Shown here: one piece after another, positions 29,984-38,584 of the stretch
How the letters are laid out: every line of letters starts with the position of its first letter
Numbering within the stretch: position 1 is the first letter of the stretch
IMG/VR virus record: IMGVR_UViG_3300038530_003085
Location: 1 to 64,000 of that record
Origin: a virus
Lineage: Duplodnaviria > Caudoviricetes
DNA length: 64,000 bases
Direction: 5' to 3' (one strand)
The notes under the pieces: generated by a model
The model's input: the letters and a program-made list of their open reading frames with translations, nothing else
What the model was told of the DNA's origin: nothing
The model's database searches: none
Made by a program: the position numbers and the translations under genes

Positions 29984-29990
29984 AATAAAA

Positions 29991-30186
29991 TGTGGGATTT
30001 TTATTTTAACTCGCGGCCCCTTCGAGTATCCCCTTACATAAGACTCTATGTTTATAAAGCTGGCTGTCTTCAGTTAGTTCCAGCGGGTTAGTTATTGTCA
30101 TGAGGGTGGCTAATCCTCTTATAGCCGTTAGTCTCGAAACTTCATTATCTTAACCTCTCGCGCTTGGCGCTTTGCGGGTTTCGGGT
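29991..30186 (-). ncRNA. Candidate multi-hairpin structured RNA
   Basis: CGAAAC/GTTTCG, GGCTA/TAGCC with GAGG/CCTC pseudoknot option, GCTGG/CCAGC, ACATA/TATGT, GGGAT/ATCCC. Confidence 0.4.
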
Positions 30187-30190
30187 ACGA

Positions 30191-30526
30191 TCAAATGCCT
30201 TCGCCGCCTTCGAGCGCAGCGAGATCAGCCTTCTCCTCATCGGTCAGATACTTAGCATCTTTCCGCTTCAGACTTGCAGGGCTCATCTTAGTTGGGTTAG
30301 CAAGTTCAGAGTTACAACCAGCAGCAAACGACTCAGCCCATTCGCGGTCAGGGAAGTCCATCACGGCTTGCTTGCCTTGCTTAGTGGAGTTGCGGAACAC
30401 AACCCACATGCGAGGAGCAACTTGCTCAACGGTCCAGCCGGTGATCTGCTTACGCGTTGGCGGTGCAGGGGCAGGCTTGTAGTTTTTCTTCGTTTGAATC
30501 TTGATTTGGTCGATAGCACGTTGCAT
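30191..30526 (-). CDS. Early hypothetical protein
   Basis: AAGGAG SD directly after a cassette promoter. Confidence 0.7.
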   Translation of the reverse strand: MQRAIDQIKIQTKKNYKPAPAPPTRKQITGWTVEQVAPRMWVVFRNSTKQGKQAVMDFPDREWAESFAAGCNSELANPTKMSPASLKRKDAKYLTDEEKADLAALEGGEGI

Positions 30527-30554
30527 AGATGAACTCCTTTCTTTCTATGCTAAT

Positions 30555-30608
30555 AATATAACACCGACAGAGGTAAAAGTCAACAATTAAGTTGTCAAGA
30601 GAATGTCA
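30555..30608 (-). promoter_or_regulatory. Cassette promoter 1 (TGACA-N6-TGACA-N9-TTGACT-N17-TATATT)
   Basis: Read directly; contains the stop of ORF 30606-30818. Confidence 0.8.
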
Positions 30609-30818
30609 AGCCGCTGGTGGCAAGTCATCATCTTTACCGAATGGCAGATAAGAAACATTACCACCAGCATCCAAAATCTGGTTCTCAACCACAATCATTT
30701 GGTCTACAATCTTTTTGTAGTTCTCCGAGTGACTGCCTTCTTTTCTTTTGATCTCGCCTGCCAAAGCGGTCAGGGCTTCGAGCTTCTGTTGCCAGATGTG
30801 CATTTGAAAGTTATTCAT
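30606..30818 (-). CDS. Hypothetical protein
   Basis: GGAGG SD. Confidence 0.65.
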   Translation of the reverse strand: MNNFQMHIWQQKLEALTALAGEIKRKEGSHSENYKKIVDQMIVVENQILDAGGNVSYLPFGKDDDLPPAA

Positions 30819-30833
30819 AGTTTTATCTCCTCC

Positions 30834-31316
30834 CTATGAAACCAGAACAAGATCCCGTTCTGGATAAGAAACTTTATAAGTGGTCTTCGGAGCATTTGGG
30901 CCCACCCACTCAACGATCACTTGTCCACCAGTCCCGGCATCAGTCACCAGACCGGTCAAGCCAGCATACCCTTGCCGGATCGCTCGCTTGTTTTCCTTGC
31001 CCCGAACAAGCTGACCGGGGGTGAACTTAGGCGGAGGCGGCAACAGAGAGTGAATCATCTGAGTTGCATTATCGCGGAACGATCCGGCATAGTAGTCGCT
31101 GTAAAGACAACTGTGATCATCGACTCGACGGACGTGGAAGTTGCAGGCCTCGGCATCCATTTGGTCTTCATCGTCACATCGACCGTTAGCCAAGAACGAG
31201 CCGACATATCCGTTGTGCACAAATGTCCAGCGACCAGTATCGTTGGTTACCTCGATATCGATGCCTTGCTTCTTGAAGTGAGTTTTGATTTTCTTGATTA
31301 CTGCTTTGACTTTCAT
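30834..31316 (-). CDS. Hypothetical protein with C-terminal SH3/KOW-like module
   Basis: AAGGAG SD; FTPGQLVR..TGLV..VEW. Confidence 0.7.
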   Translation of the reverse strand: MKVKAVIKKIKTHFKKQGIDIEVTNDTGRWTFVHNGYVGSFLANGRCDDEDQMDAEACNFHVRRVDDHSCLYSDYYAGSFRDNATQMIHSLLPPPPKFTPGQLVRGKENKRAIRQGYAGLTGLVTDAGTGGQVIVEWVGPNAPKTTYKVSYPERDLVLVS

Positions 31317-31344
31317 GTGTAATGCTCTCCTTGATTACATATAT

Positions 31345-31398
31345 AATATAACATAGCGGATGGGGTTTTACAAGGGCGATCGTGTCAAGAAGATGTCA
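31345..31398 (-). promoter_or_regulatory. Cassette promoter 2 (-35 TTGTAA)
   Basis: Same spacing; contains the stop of ORF 31385-31591. Confidence 0.75.
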
Positions 31399-31591
31399 CG
31401 AGTTTAAGAAACTTACTGTTATGTACATGTGGCTCGTGACAGTCAATGCCACGATTCCACAAAACCCTAACATCGCCATTGCCCGCGAACTTACCAGTCT
31501 CAACAACCAACCCAATCGTCGATTCCTTTAAAGGAATTTCCTTTCCAGCCCATGTCGGACTGCGCCAAGCTACTAGATCACCGACTTTCAT
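31385..31591 (-). CDS. MKVGDLV-family small protein
   Basis: MKVGDLVAW..IGLVVE..RVLW. Confidence 0.7.
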   Translation of the reverse strand: MKVGDLVAWRSPTWAGKEIPLKESTIGLVVETGKFAGNGDVRVLWNRGIDCHEPHVHNSKFLKLVTSS

Positions 31592-31752
31592 ACGCTCACC
31601 AATACTTTAACATCCTGCGGAAGACCCCAGATATCACGAGGGTGGCTTTGCGCCTTGATGCGAACACCAAGTTCTTTGTCAATCTCAACAATCACACCCA
31701 GCTTCTCACCGTGATGCTTCGTTCTAACTCTTACCAAATCACCGACTTTCAT
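31588..31752 (-). CDS. MKVGDLV-family small protein (54 aa, below ORF-track cutoff)
   Basis: Hand translation MKVGDLVRVRTKHHGEKLGVIVEID...LVSV. Confidence 0.7.
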   Translation of the reverse strand: MKVGDLVRVRTKHHGEKLGVIVEIDKELGVRIKAQSHPRDIWGLPQDVKVLVSV

Positions 31753-31906
31753 TGATCACCTTCCCGCCCCAACTATTGACCCAATACTCAAGCCCTCCAT
31801 CCATCGAGCGCACTAATACTTCGCCCTTGTCATTAGCTTTGATAGCTAATCCGATGTATGGCTTTATGCTCGGCAGCTTCACGCTAATCAAATCACCGAC
31901 TTTCAT
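31739..31906 (-). CDS. MKVGDLV-family small protein (55 aa)
   Basis: Hand translation MKVGDLISVKLPSIKPYIGLAI...KVINESR. Confidence 0.7.
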   Translation of the reverse strand: MKVGDLISVKLPSIKPYIGLAIKANDKGEVLVRSMDGGLEYWVNSWGGKVINESR

Positions 31907-32109
31907 TACCTACCTGCCCATCGTGCATCTTGCACACTTCCAACGTATTGATATGCACCCTTATTGTAAAGTGGTGCCGTACACTTCTTCATCCGTTCGG
32001 CAGTCTGGTTAGCATATTGCTCGCCACACTCCAAGCAGTGTTCATATCCCAAGGCTTTCCGCTTCGGGCTAAACTCTTCACCGCAATCGAAACATTGAGG
32101 CCAGTTCAT
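31906..32109 (-). CDS. Small zinc-finger protein (DksA/TraR-like C4)
   Basis: CFDCGEE..KR.ALGY..CLECG. Confidence 0.65.
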   Translation of the reverse strand: MNWPQCFDCGEEFSPKRKALGYEHCLECGEQYANQTAERMKKCTAPLYNKGAYQYVGSVQDARWAGR

Positions 32110-32198
32110 TTGTTCTCTCCATTTTCAAGCGAATAGATCATGTAGATCGCGCCGCCAGCAGCAGCAAACACACTAAGGGTAACCAACAACAAAACCAT
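32106..32198 (-). CDS. 30-aa single-TM peptide
   Basis: MVLLLVTLSVFAAAGGAIYMIYSLENGENK; SD; first gene after cassette promoter 3. Confidence 0.55.
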   Translation of the reverse strand: MVLLLVTLSVFAAAGGAIYMIYSLENGENK

Positions 32199-32222
32199 TT
32201 CCTCTCTCCTTTCTATACATAT

Positions 32223-32276
32223 AATATAACATAGAGATTGGTGATATGCAAGAGTTAAGTTGTCAAGAGAATGTCA
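32223..32276 (-). promoter_or_regulatory. Cassette promoter 3 (-35 TTGCAT)
   Basis: Same spacing; contains the stop of the 27-aa ORF 32263-32346. Confidence 0.75.
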
Positions 32277-32342
32277 AGAGATAAAACATTCCGCCAAACA
32301 CAACAGTGGAAATAGCGATCATTACGCACTGCTCCGCATATG

Positions 32343-32528
32343 TCATGATGGATTGACAACCTGAAGCCACTTAACGGGCTCCCAATCAGCGATGTTAACT
32401 TCTGGCCAGTAGACTTTGGCTCGCTGGTCGAAGTGGTTAAATCCTACCACCACGCCGATTGGATCCGGTCCACGAGTCGAGGGAAATCTTACAAGATCAC
32501 CTAACTTCATTTCTTTTTCCTTAATCAT
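32343..32528 (-). CDS. MKVGDLV-family small protein
   Basis: MKLGDLVRF..IGVVV..KVYW. Confidence 0.65.
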   Translation of the reverse strand: MIKEKEMKLGDLVRFPSTRGPDPIGVVVGFNHFDQRAKVYWPEVNIADWEPVKWLQVVNPS

Positions 32529-32537
32529 TCCAAATAC

Positions 32538-32966
32538 TTACCAGCCTGTAGGGTCATTCGGACGTGACCACAGGTCATGGCCCTTAATCTCTGATGTTGT
32601 TTCATCATCAGCGGCAGGAGCCTCAACAGTGAACTCACCGAAGCGCAGGCGTGCATTACGACGGCTTGCGGCCCGGCTGTTTGCCTTCATTTGCTCGCGG
32701 GCCTGAATGCCAGCATCGATAAAATCATCCTCAGCGACCGTAAAGCTAAAGCCCTCGTCAATGTCAGTCGGCTCGGTGTCAATAACCCAGTCAGGGTCAT
32801 CGTGGCGAGCAACTTGTTCAAGTAGATCGTGCATAAGATCCTGAGACTCAGGGGTTGGCATAATCGCACCATTGAGGGCATCCATAATCATATTGACCTC
32901 AGATTCGGTAAGTGTAATGTTCAAAAGTTCGTCATTCATTTTGTTGTCTCCTAACAAGTTGCCCAT
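32538..32966 (-). CDS. Acidic hypothetical protein (start probably MNDEL)
   Basis: AGGAG SD before the internal ATG. Confidence 0.65.
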   Translation of the reverse strand: MGNLLGDNKMNDELLNITLTESEVNMIMDALNGAIMPTPESQDLMHDLLEQVARHDDPDWVIDTEPTDIDEGFSFTVAEDDFIDAGIQAREQMKANSRAASRRNARLRFGEFTVEAPAADDETTSEIKGHDLWSRPNDPTGW

Positions 32967-33052
32967 TGAAAGGCAAGAAAAATAAGGGCGGACCAGCAGG
33001 TCACGTCAGCGATGATAAGAGCGGCCATCATGCCGCGGCGTTGTTGAAGCAT
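32951..33052 (-). CDS. 33-aa single-TM peptide
   Basis: MLQQRRGMMAALIIADVTCWSALIFLAFQWATC; AAGGAG SD. Confidence 0.5.
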   Translation of the reverse strand: MLQQRRGMMAALIIADVTCWSALIFLAFQWATC

Positions 33053-33076
33053 TTGCTTTCTCCTTCTTACTCTTAT

Positions 33077-33130
33077 AATATAGCACCCGCGAGGGTACAA
33101 GTCAATGGTTTTGTTGTCAAGTGGATGTCA
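33077..33130 (-). promoter_or_regulatory. Cassette promoter 4 (-35 TTGACT)
   Basis: Same spacing; contains the stop of the vWA-peptidase gene. Confidence 0.8.
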
Positions 33131-34351
33131 AGAGTCGATTGCAATCACACGTTCGTTTGTTTGAAAGTATGGGCGCGCCGCACAGCGCGCGGTAGTCATC
33201 CACATACGCTGGCACTTACTTGGAACAGGCTTAGGTGCCATCATATCAGTTAGAACAATGTGACCGTCAAACTCTCGTTCGTTAACGTACTTTGTAGGCG
33301 CGTTAAAACAAGTACCACCAGTCAAGACACGCTCGGTCTTACGGCTTTGTCCTTTCTTCCAAACGTAGACCATAGACTCAGCAACCGCGGTGTCAAAAGG
33401 GATCACCGTGAACTCCGCAATCTCTGCTAACTGGTTAAGTTCGGAGAAGAAAGCAGCCAACATAGCATCATCGACAGAACCAGATTGGTCAATAGAAACG
33501 GCTATCTTTGCGTGTCTACGGACTCGCTTGCCCGGATGGACCCGCGGGTAACGTTTGTTGATACGACGCGGTGTAGACCGCTTGTCGGCCCGTTGTGAGG
33601 TCTTTACGAAGTACCGCAGCACCTTGCGCCAGTCAATCTTGGTAGCAATACGGTCCATAATCTCAGAGCGCATACTTGATGAGACGGTGCCCCAGTTACG
33701 CGACTTCTCAGCCTCATCGGCAGCTTTCTTGATAGTGTCCTTAAGACGCTCCTTAGCGATCTCTTGAGTGGTTCCGTCAACGTCACCAAATCCGTCGTGG
33801 TCATCCATAGAATCCATACCACCAAACGGATCACCGTTGCCTTCACCCTCTTGCTTTTCATTCTCTACCATTTCTTTGAGGGCTTCAAGGTACCACTCAT
33901 AGGTCTTGAATGATGGAAGGTCCTTAAACATACCCTCACCGGGGATACAAGCCTTCATAGCTTGACCGCCAACGTCTGGGCCGGGTGTCGCTTCAGAGGG
34001 CAGGTAATCCGAAATGTGGCAGTTAATAGCCAAGTCCATAGCAATATTATCAATCTTCTTGAGACCGTCTACAGGCTTACGGCCAGTAACATGCTCAAAG
34101 ATGAGGTGATAGAACTCGTGCATCAACACACCCTGCATATGCCGATCCGAAAGCTGACCCATAAACTCAGGGTTGTACATCAGTTCAAACTGTGCCGTGG
34201 TGGGGTTAACACGCACACCAGCGGTAGGAATGGCAGTGGTCGAAATCTTGTCGATACGACGGGACAATGCAGCGAAGAAAGGCTCCCGCATAAGCAGCCG
34301 TGCAGTGTGCATATTCAGGTCAAATGGCTTAGTAGTCTTGTCGTCTGACAT
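33128..34351 (-). CDS. DUF2201-type metallopeptidase plus vWA domain protein
   Basis: PTAGV..YNPEF..HEFYH..NIAMDLAIN; SIDQSGS; GGTCF; LTD. Confidence 0.88.
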   Translation of the reverse strand: MSDDKTTKPFDLNMHTARLLMREPFFAALSRRIDKISTTAIPTAGVRVNPTTAQFELMYNPEFMGQLSDRHMQGVLMHEFYHLIFEHVTGRKPVDGLKKIDNIAMDLAINCHISDYLPSEATPGPDVGGQAMKACIPGEGMFKDLPSFKTYEWYLEALKEMVENEKQEGEGNGDPFGGMDSMDDHDGFGDVDGTTQEIAKERLKDTIKKAADEAEKSRNWGTVSSSMRSEIMDRIATKIDWRKVLRYFVKTSQRADKRSTPRRINKRYPRVHPGKRVRRHAKIAVSIDQSGSVDDAMLAAFFSELNQLAEIAEFTVIPFDTAVAESMVYVWKKGQSRKTERVLTGGTCFNAPTKYVNEREFDGHIVLTDMMAPKPVPSKCQRMWMTTARCAARPYFQTNERVIAIDS

Positions 34352-34372
34352 GTTCTATCTCCTTACATATAT

Positions 34373-34426
34373 AATATAGCACCGTGAGGCACCAAGGTCA
34401 AGGTTTAAGTTGTCAAGGAAATGTCA
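34373..34426 (-). promoter_or_regulatory. Cassette promoter 5 (-35 TTGACC)
   Basis: Same spacing; contains the stop of ORF 34424-34639. Confidence 0.8.
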
Positions 34427-34639
34427 AGGGATTTTATACAAAGCTCTGAATGCAGTTTCGGTTATCCAGCCGCAGCTACCGTCAGATACATATACTTTGA
34501 ACTTGTATCTCCGGTTGACAATATCACCATATCTGGATCTGGCAGTCTCTTCTTTGCCAAGAACAATGCCCGGCAAACCTTCGTATTTCTTAATAACAAG
34601 ATCTCCGATGGCTATTTTATCAATCCACATTTGAGACAA
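34424..34639 (-). CDS. Small SH3/KOW-like protein
   Basis: IAIGDLVI..PGIVL. Confidence 0.6.
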   Translation of the reverse strand: MSQMWIDKIAIGDLVIKKYEGLPGIVLGKEETARSRYGDIVNRRYKFKVYVSDGSCGWITETAFRALYKIP

Positions 34640-34853
34640 CGATTAGATCCTCTTCGTGAAAGTCCATATTCTCTTCAGTCTTTAGCCAGCGAACTTTATA
34701 GCGTTTCCTTCGGTCTATCGGCTTATAAATCTCAACCACCATACCGATACCGTGGGCCCTTTTAAAAGCCATACCAAGGCCGCCGGGGCCTGATAGTTTT
34801 ACCAGATCCCCGATTTTAGGCGGTGATAGTCGTGGCGGAATGCGATGGCGCAT
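34620..34853 (-). CDS. Small SH3/KOW-like protein
   Basis: PKIGDLVKL..IGMVVE..YKVRW. Confidence 0.65.
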   Translation of the reverse strand: MRHRIPPRLSPPKIGDLVKLSGPGGLGMAFKRAHGIGMVVEIYKPIDRRKRYKVRWLKTEENMDFHEEDLIVVSNVD

Positions 34854-35941
34854 TAGTCTTCAGTATTGCCTCCCAAGATTTCAACAAGGTGGTCGCTCAC
34901 ACGCTTACCATCGTGAGTGGTGGCCTTGTGCAGAGCCACAACGTTCTGCATGTTATCAGCATCTCCAAGGACGGTCCAAAGCTTCATAGCGATCTCGGAT
35001 GGAAGACGGACAAAGTATTCAGCCAAGTTAGTAACTTGAGTTTCGCTAAGCTGCTCGATGAAGATTTCTGAGGCTTCAAACTTCTCAATCATCGCGGCGT
35101 GGTCATTGATACCCCAGTTATCAACCTTCTCAAAGTCGCCATCATCAATGATGTCCTCAATGGTCACTTGCCACTCGTACTTCTCAACGAAGTCACGGAG
35201 AGTAACAGCGGCCTCGAAGCCAACAAAAGCAGTGGCGAGGTTGAACAGCAGATCACGATCGCCATCTTCGGCGAACACACCAGCAGGCTCAGCGGTACCG
35301 CAGAAGCGGTCCCAAGAGCGACGAGAAGGATAGACCTTGTTGGGCTCAAAGTCACCCTCGTGTTCCAAGTGCTTGCGGTTGTGGTTAATGAAGTCCCAAA
35401 CAATAGATGGGACGCGTCCATGGGCCCACTTAAGCCAATCTTCAATGGTAGGCTCGACATCGAACACAGTCCAGCGGTCAAGCTCTGCAGGGTCCATCTC
35501 GCCCACTTGGTATTGAGCACCGTGCTCGCCACCATTGACAGCAGCGACAATCAAAGTGTCCTCGTGCAAGTGCCAACCGTTCAGCTTGCGGCTATCGGTA
35601 AGCTCGAAAAGACCTTGACGGACTTCCATAGTAGCACGGTCAACCTCATCCAAGAAGAGAAGTACACCTTGCTCACAAGCAGTAACAAGCCAGTCAGGGG
35701 CATTCCAAGTGGTGGCCTTGCGACCATTGATAGCGGTATCAGCCGTATCAGGAAGACCAAGCAGGTCACCCTCGGTCATCTGTGATGCGCGGCGCTCAAC
35801 GACAGGCAGACCGCGCTCCTCTGCAATCTGGTAGACGACTTGTGATTTACCGATACCGTGACGGCCGCGAAGCAAGACGGGAAGTCGAGCATCGAGGATG
35901 AACGGAGCGGTAGTGGTGAATGTTGCGAAGTCGATAGCCAT
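34853..35941 (-). CDS. MoxR-like AAA+ ATPase
   Basis: GRHGIGKS Walker A, DLLGLP, LFLDEVDR Walker B, AAVN, MDPAELDR, SRRSW. Confidence 0.9.
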   Translation of the reverse strand: MAIDFATFTTTAPFILDARLPVLLRGRHGIGKSQVVYQIAEERGLPVVERRASQMTEGDLLGLPDTADTAINGRKATTWNAPDWLVTACEQGVLLFLDEVDRATMEVRQGLFELTDSRKLNGWHLHEDTLIVAAVNGGEHGAQYQVGEMDPAELDRWTVFDVEPTIEDWLKWAHGRVPSIVWDFINHNRKHLEHEGDFEPNKVYPSRRSWDRFCGTAEPAGVFAEDGDRDLLFNLATAFVGFEAAVTLRDFVEKYEWQVTIEDIIDDGDFEKVDNWGINDHAAMIEKFEASEIFIEQLSETQVTNLAEYFVRLPSEIAMKLWTVLGDADNMQNVVALHKATTHDGKRVSDHLVEILGGNTED

Positions 35942-35991
35942 GTTGTGTTCTCCAGTTTGGGAGGTTGTTTAGTTCTTTGCCTTACTCTATA

Positions 35992-36045
35992 AATATAGCA
36001 CCGAATGGTGTTTCGGTCAAGTATTTTATTGTCAGAGAAATGTCA
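35992..36045 (-). promoter_or_regulatory. Cassette promoter 6 (-35 TTGACC)
   Basis: Same spacing; contains the stop of ORF 36043-36861. Confidence 0.8.
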
Positions 36046-36861
36046 AGAGATCATATTTGGATAATCATCAGTCAAGCCAAGTTTGATAATAATATCTCTC
36101 GCTTGCTCATTTGGGAAACGAAACTGAGTCCGTCGTTTTTCGTAGCCTTTCCGGGTTGTGAAAAACTGCTTGTAAGCGAACTTAACAGTTTTCTCATCTT
36201 CAAAGTCGAGCCAGCCCTCTGGCATATTGTATGTGGTGGTCACGCTCATCAAATCAGCGGGAACATTACCACTGTCGATATGTTCTCGCGATTCCCGCAA
36301 AAGTCCAACAATAGTGGTTGAATCACCATAACCGGGCTTTGTAATATCTTTAATGTTTTTGTGGATTGCTTTGAGTTCACTATTGCCCCAGTGGCAGCCC
36401 TCCCACTCAAAACCCGTAATGTAGCGAAGAGTTGGCTTGTAACCATATCCCTTATCTTCGCCAAGGTATTGAAACGTGCGAACTGGCACGATTGAGCCCA
36501 CACCGACACCATTGTTTACCAACTGCTCCCAGACTGCTTTTCTGGTAAACTTTGAAATCTCAGCGAATACTTTTTTGTCGCTCTTCAGAAAGCGGCAAGT
36601 CCGGCGAGTGTGACCTTGCCGACCACAGTAACCACAGTGGACGTTGGTTGTCCTCTTCTTCTTGGGGAGATCTTCGCCAGTGACAATGTTCAAACCAGTC
36701 CGGGCCTCATACTCTTGACGGAATGTATCAGCACGGTAATCGCCTTGCTCAATAGCCCTCTCGTAACCTTGCTTCAGGTGCTCGTTCTTTTTCGGGCAGG
36801 TGCGAGAGTTATGACCTGTACGGTAACAGTATGAGCAGCGGACGGTACCATTGTATGACAT
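36043..36861 (-). CDS. Protein with two CCHC zinc knuckles
   Basis: CSYCYRTGHNSRTC and CGYCGRQGHTRRTC. Confidence 0.8.
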   Translation of the reverse strand: MSYNGTVRCSYCYRTGHNSRTCPKKNEHLKQGYERAIEQGDYRADTFRQEYEARTGLNIVTGEDLPKKKRTTNVHCGYCGRQGHTRRTCRFLKSDKKVFAEISKFTRKAVWEQLVNNGVGVGSIVPVRTFQYLGEDKGYGYKPTLRYITGFEWEGCHWGNSELKAIHKNIKDITKPGYGDSTTIVGLLRESREHIDSGNVPADLMSVTTTYNMPEGWLDFEDEKTVKFAYKQFFTTRKGYEKRRTQFRFPNEQARDIIIKLGLTDDYPNMIS

Positions 36862-36882
36862 TTGTTCTCTCCTTACCCTTAT

Positions 36883-36935
36883 AATATAACAACATCAGGG
36901 CCATCGTCAATGCGAAAGTTGTCAAGCAGATGTCA
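36883..36935 (-). promoter_or_regulatory. Cassette promoter 7 (-35 TTGACG, N16)
   Basis: Contains the stop of ORF 36922-37080. Confidence 0.75.
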
Positions 36936-37080
36936 AGAGTTCCAACAAATCACTGCGTGCTGGTAATGGATCGGCATAATCGTGCCACTTAACAAGTAAA
37001 TCACCATTGCCGACAAACTTTCCAACCTCGACAACGATACCAACGGAACCTTTCCAGCGGACCAAATCACCCACTTTCAT
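36922..37080 (-). CDS. MKVGDLV-family small protein (start reassigned)
   Basis: MKVGDLVRWKGSVGIVVEVGKFVGNGD, similar to 31385-31591 (ETGKFAGNGD). Confidence 0.7.
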   Translation of the reverse strand: MKVGDLVRWKGSVGIVVEVGKFVGNGDLLVKWHDYADPLPARSDLLELLTSA

Positions 37081-37402
37081 GCATTTTCTCCGTGATGTGC
37101 CGACACTTTCGTCGCCAGCCAAACCCGGCACACGTGCAACCCCATACGTGGCCGTCATAGGTCACTGTATAGCTTTTGCCAGTGCTGCCTTGGACTTCCC
37201 AAGACTGAACATTAGAAGGCGTCTCAGGCGCGCTCCTTGGCTTGTAAATCATAACGTGATCAATAGAATCAAGTGTTGCAGTCTCGTCAACTGGCAGCCA
37301 AAACTGACCGGAAACCGCCCACTTCTGACCGTTTCCATCAGTGTAGAGCATTGGGCGCATATTAACAATAACAGGTAGTTCCACAATAACCTCTAAAGAC
37401 AA
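37067..37402 (-). CDS. SWIM zinc-finger protein
   Basis: VQGSTGKSYTV..W.CTC.GF..RRKCRH. Confidence 0.75.
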   Translation of the reverse strand: MSLEVIVELPVIVNMRPMLYTDGNGQKWAVSGQFWLPVDETATLDSIDHVMIYKPRSAPETPSNVQSWEVQGSTGKSYTVTYDGHVWGCTCAGFGWRRKCRHITEKMHESG

Positions 37403-37563
37403 GCAGGAGTTTTAACAAAAAGACGATACCCGTCTCTGGGCTCAAAGTTGTTTTCGCGGATAAAAGTGCTTCGAGCCTCTTCTTTAGTCTCGGCGACAAT
37501 GGAAGCCAAAGTCTCGTAAGTCTTTGTTTTAAAACAGTAAAGTTTGATATCAAATGATGTCAT
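37393..37563 (-). CDS. 56-aa hypothetical protein
   Basis: Hand translation MTSFDIKLYCF...KTPACL; GGAGG SD. Confidence 0.55.
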   Translation of the reverse strand: MTSFDIKLYCFKTKTYETLASIVAETKEEARSTFIRENNFEPRDGYRLFVKTPACL

Positions 37564-37764
37564 TTATGCCTCCGCCGGGATAGTAGCTGCAACACTAAGC
37601 GTCATAAAAGTTTCAACTTCTTCTTTCGATACTTTTGGATCGTTCAATGAACCCTGAAGCATCAGGGCAGTAATAGTCGCATCCAAACCAATCTTAGTTC
37701 TTTCAATCTGTGTAAGACCTTTTGACCAGTCTTCGGTGCGGATAAGTGGGATATCAAATGTCAT
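37564..37764 (-). CDS. Hypothetical protein
   Basis: AAGGAG SD after cassette promoter 8. Confidence 0.65.
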   Translation of the reverse strand: MTFDIPLIRTEDWSKGLTQIERTKIGLDATITALMLQGSLNDPKVSKEEVETFMTLSVAATIPAEA

Positions 37765-37785
37765 GTTGTTTCTCCTTACAAATAT

Positions 37786-37838
37786 AATATAACCTTTTAA
37801 GGGCGCGCGTCAATGAATGTAATGTCAAGCGAATGTCA
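37786..37838 (-). promoter_or_regulatory. Cassette promoter 8 (-35 TTGACG, N16)
   Basis: Contains the stop of the DUF4385 gene. Confidence 0.75.
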
Positions 37839-38321
37839 AGGCTTCTTTTCATACTTTTGCCTGTGCTCTTGTTTCATAGCCAAATAAGGCGCAAACTCGC
37901 GGGCCTCTTTCCAACAGGCATAAAATATTCGAGCAGATTGTGCTTTTTCGCAGGTTAGCGCATCAGGCTCCTGCGGAATAATACTGCCGTCATCATTATA
38001 CTTTCGTCCATCGCGATGATTTGCATAACGTCGAGCGCGTGTAAATCCCATATGCAGGAACTTTTTAGCCATATCGGCGCCAACAAAATCTCCCTCGTTA
38101 ACGTAAGTATAGAACATCATTAGGATATTTTGACTTGATACTTGCGCCTCGCGAACAGTCTTGAAACGCCAGTGCGCGCAGATATCAGACTTGTAAGGCT
38201 CACATAGCAACACACCCTGTTGGCCGCGGCCAATCCTGTACATTTCAGGGTGTTTCCTATAGTCAATATCGGGGTTCCACTTTTCAAAATATGATTTATC
38301 AACTTGCTTTCTTGCCATCAC
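37836..38321 (-). CDS. DUF4385 family protein
   Basis: YRIGRGQQGVLLCEPYKS..WRFKT..DFVGADMAKKFLHMGFTRARRYANH. Confidence 0.8.
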   Translation of the reverse strand: MMARKQVDKSYFEKWNPDIDYRKHPEMYRIGRGQQGVLLCEPYKSDICAHWRFKTVREAQVSSQNILMMFYTYVNEGDFVGADMAKKFLHMGFTRARRYANHRDGRKYNDDGSIIPQEPDALTCEKAQSARIFYACWKEAREFAPYLAMKQEHRQKYEKKP

Positions 38322-38584
38322 TTCTTCTTTGGAAATCTTCCTTGATTACCCATACCATCATAATCAATAAAATCGCTATCAGGTTCAGTATAATTGAGTT
38401 TATTATTCTCGTCAAGTTTTTTAACTAAATGATCTGATAGCTCTTCCAATTCATTAATAACAAAAGCATACTCTCGTAGATTACCATTGCGTTGCAAATG
38501 CAATGCTTGCTCTTGAAGTCTAGTAATTTTCTTTTTGATACTATTAATTTCTCTGTTGAAGAGAAAATCTTTAATAAATTTCAT
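38318..38584 (-). CDS. Hypothetical protein
   Basis: ATGA-coupled ORF. Confidence 0.55.
   Translation of the reverse strand: MKFIKDFLFNREINSIKKKITRLQEQALHLQRNGNLREYAFVINELEELSDHLVKKLDENNKLNYTEPDSDFIDYDGMGNQGRFPKKK

Noticed and set aside
30055-30090. Hammerhead ribozyme suggested by CTGAAGA
   Set aside because: No correctly placed stem II-GAAA and stem III could be built
37362-37553. ORF-track 63-aa ORF
   Set aside because: The alternative frame 37393-37563 has an SD and abuts the upstream stop
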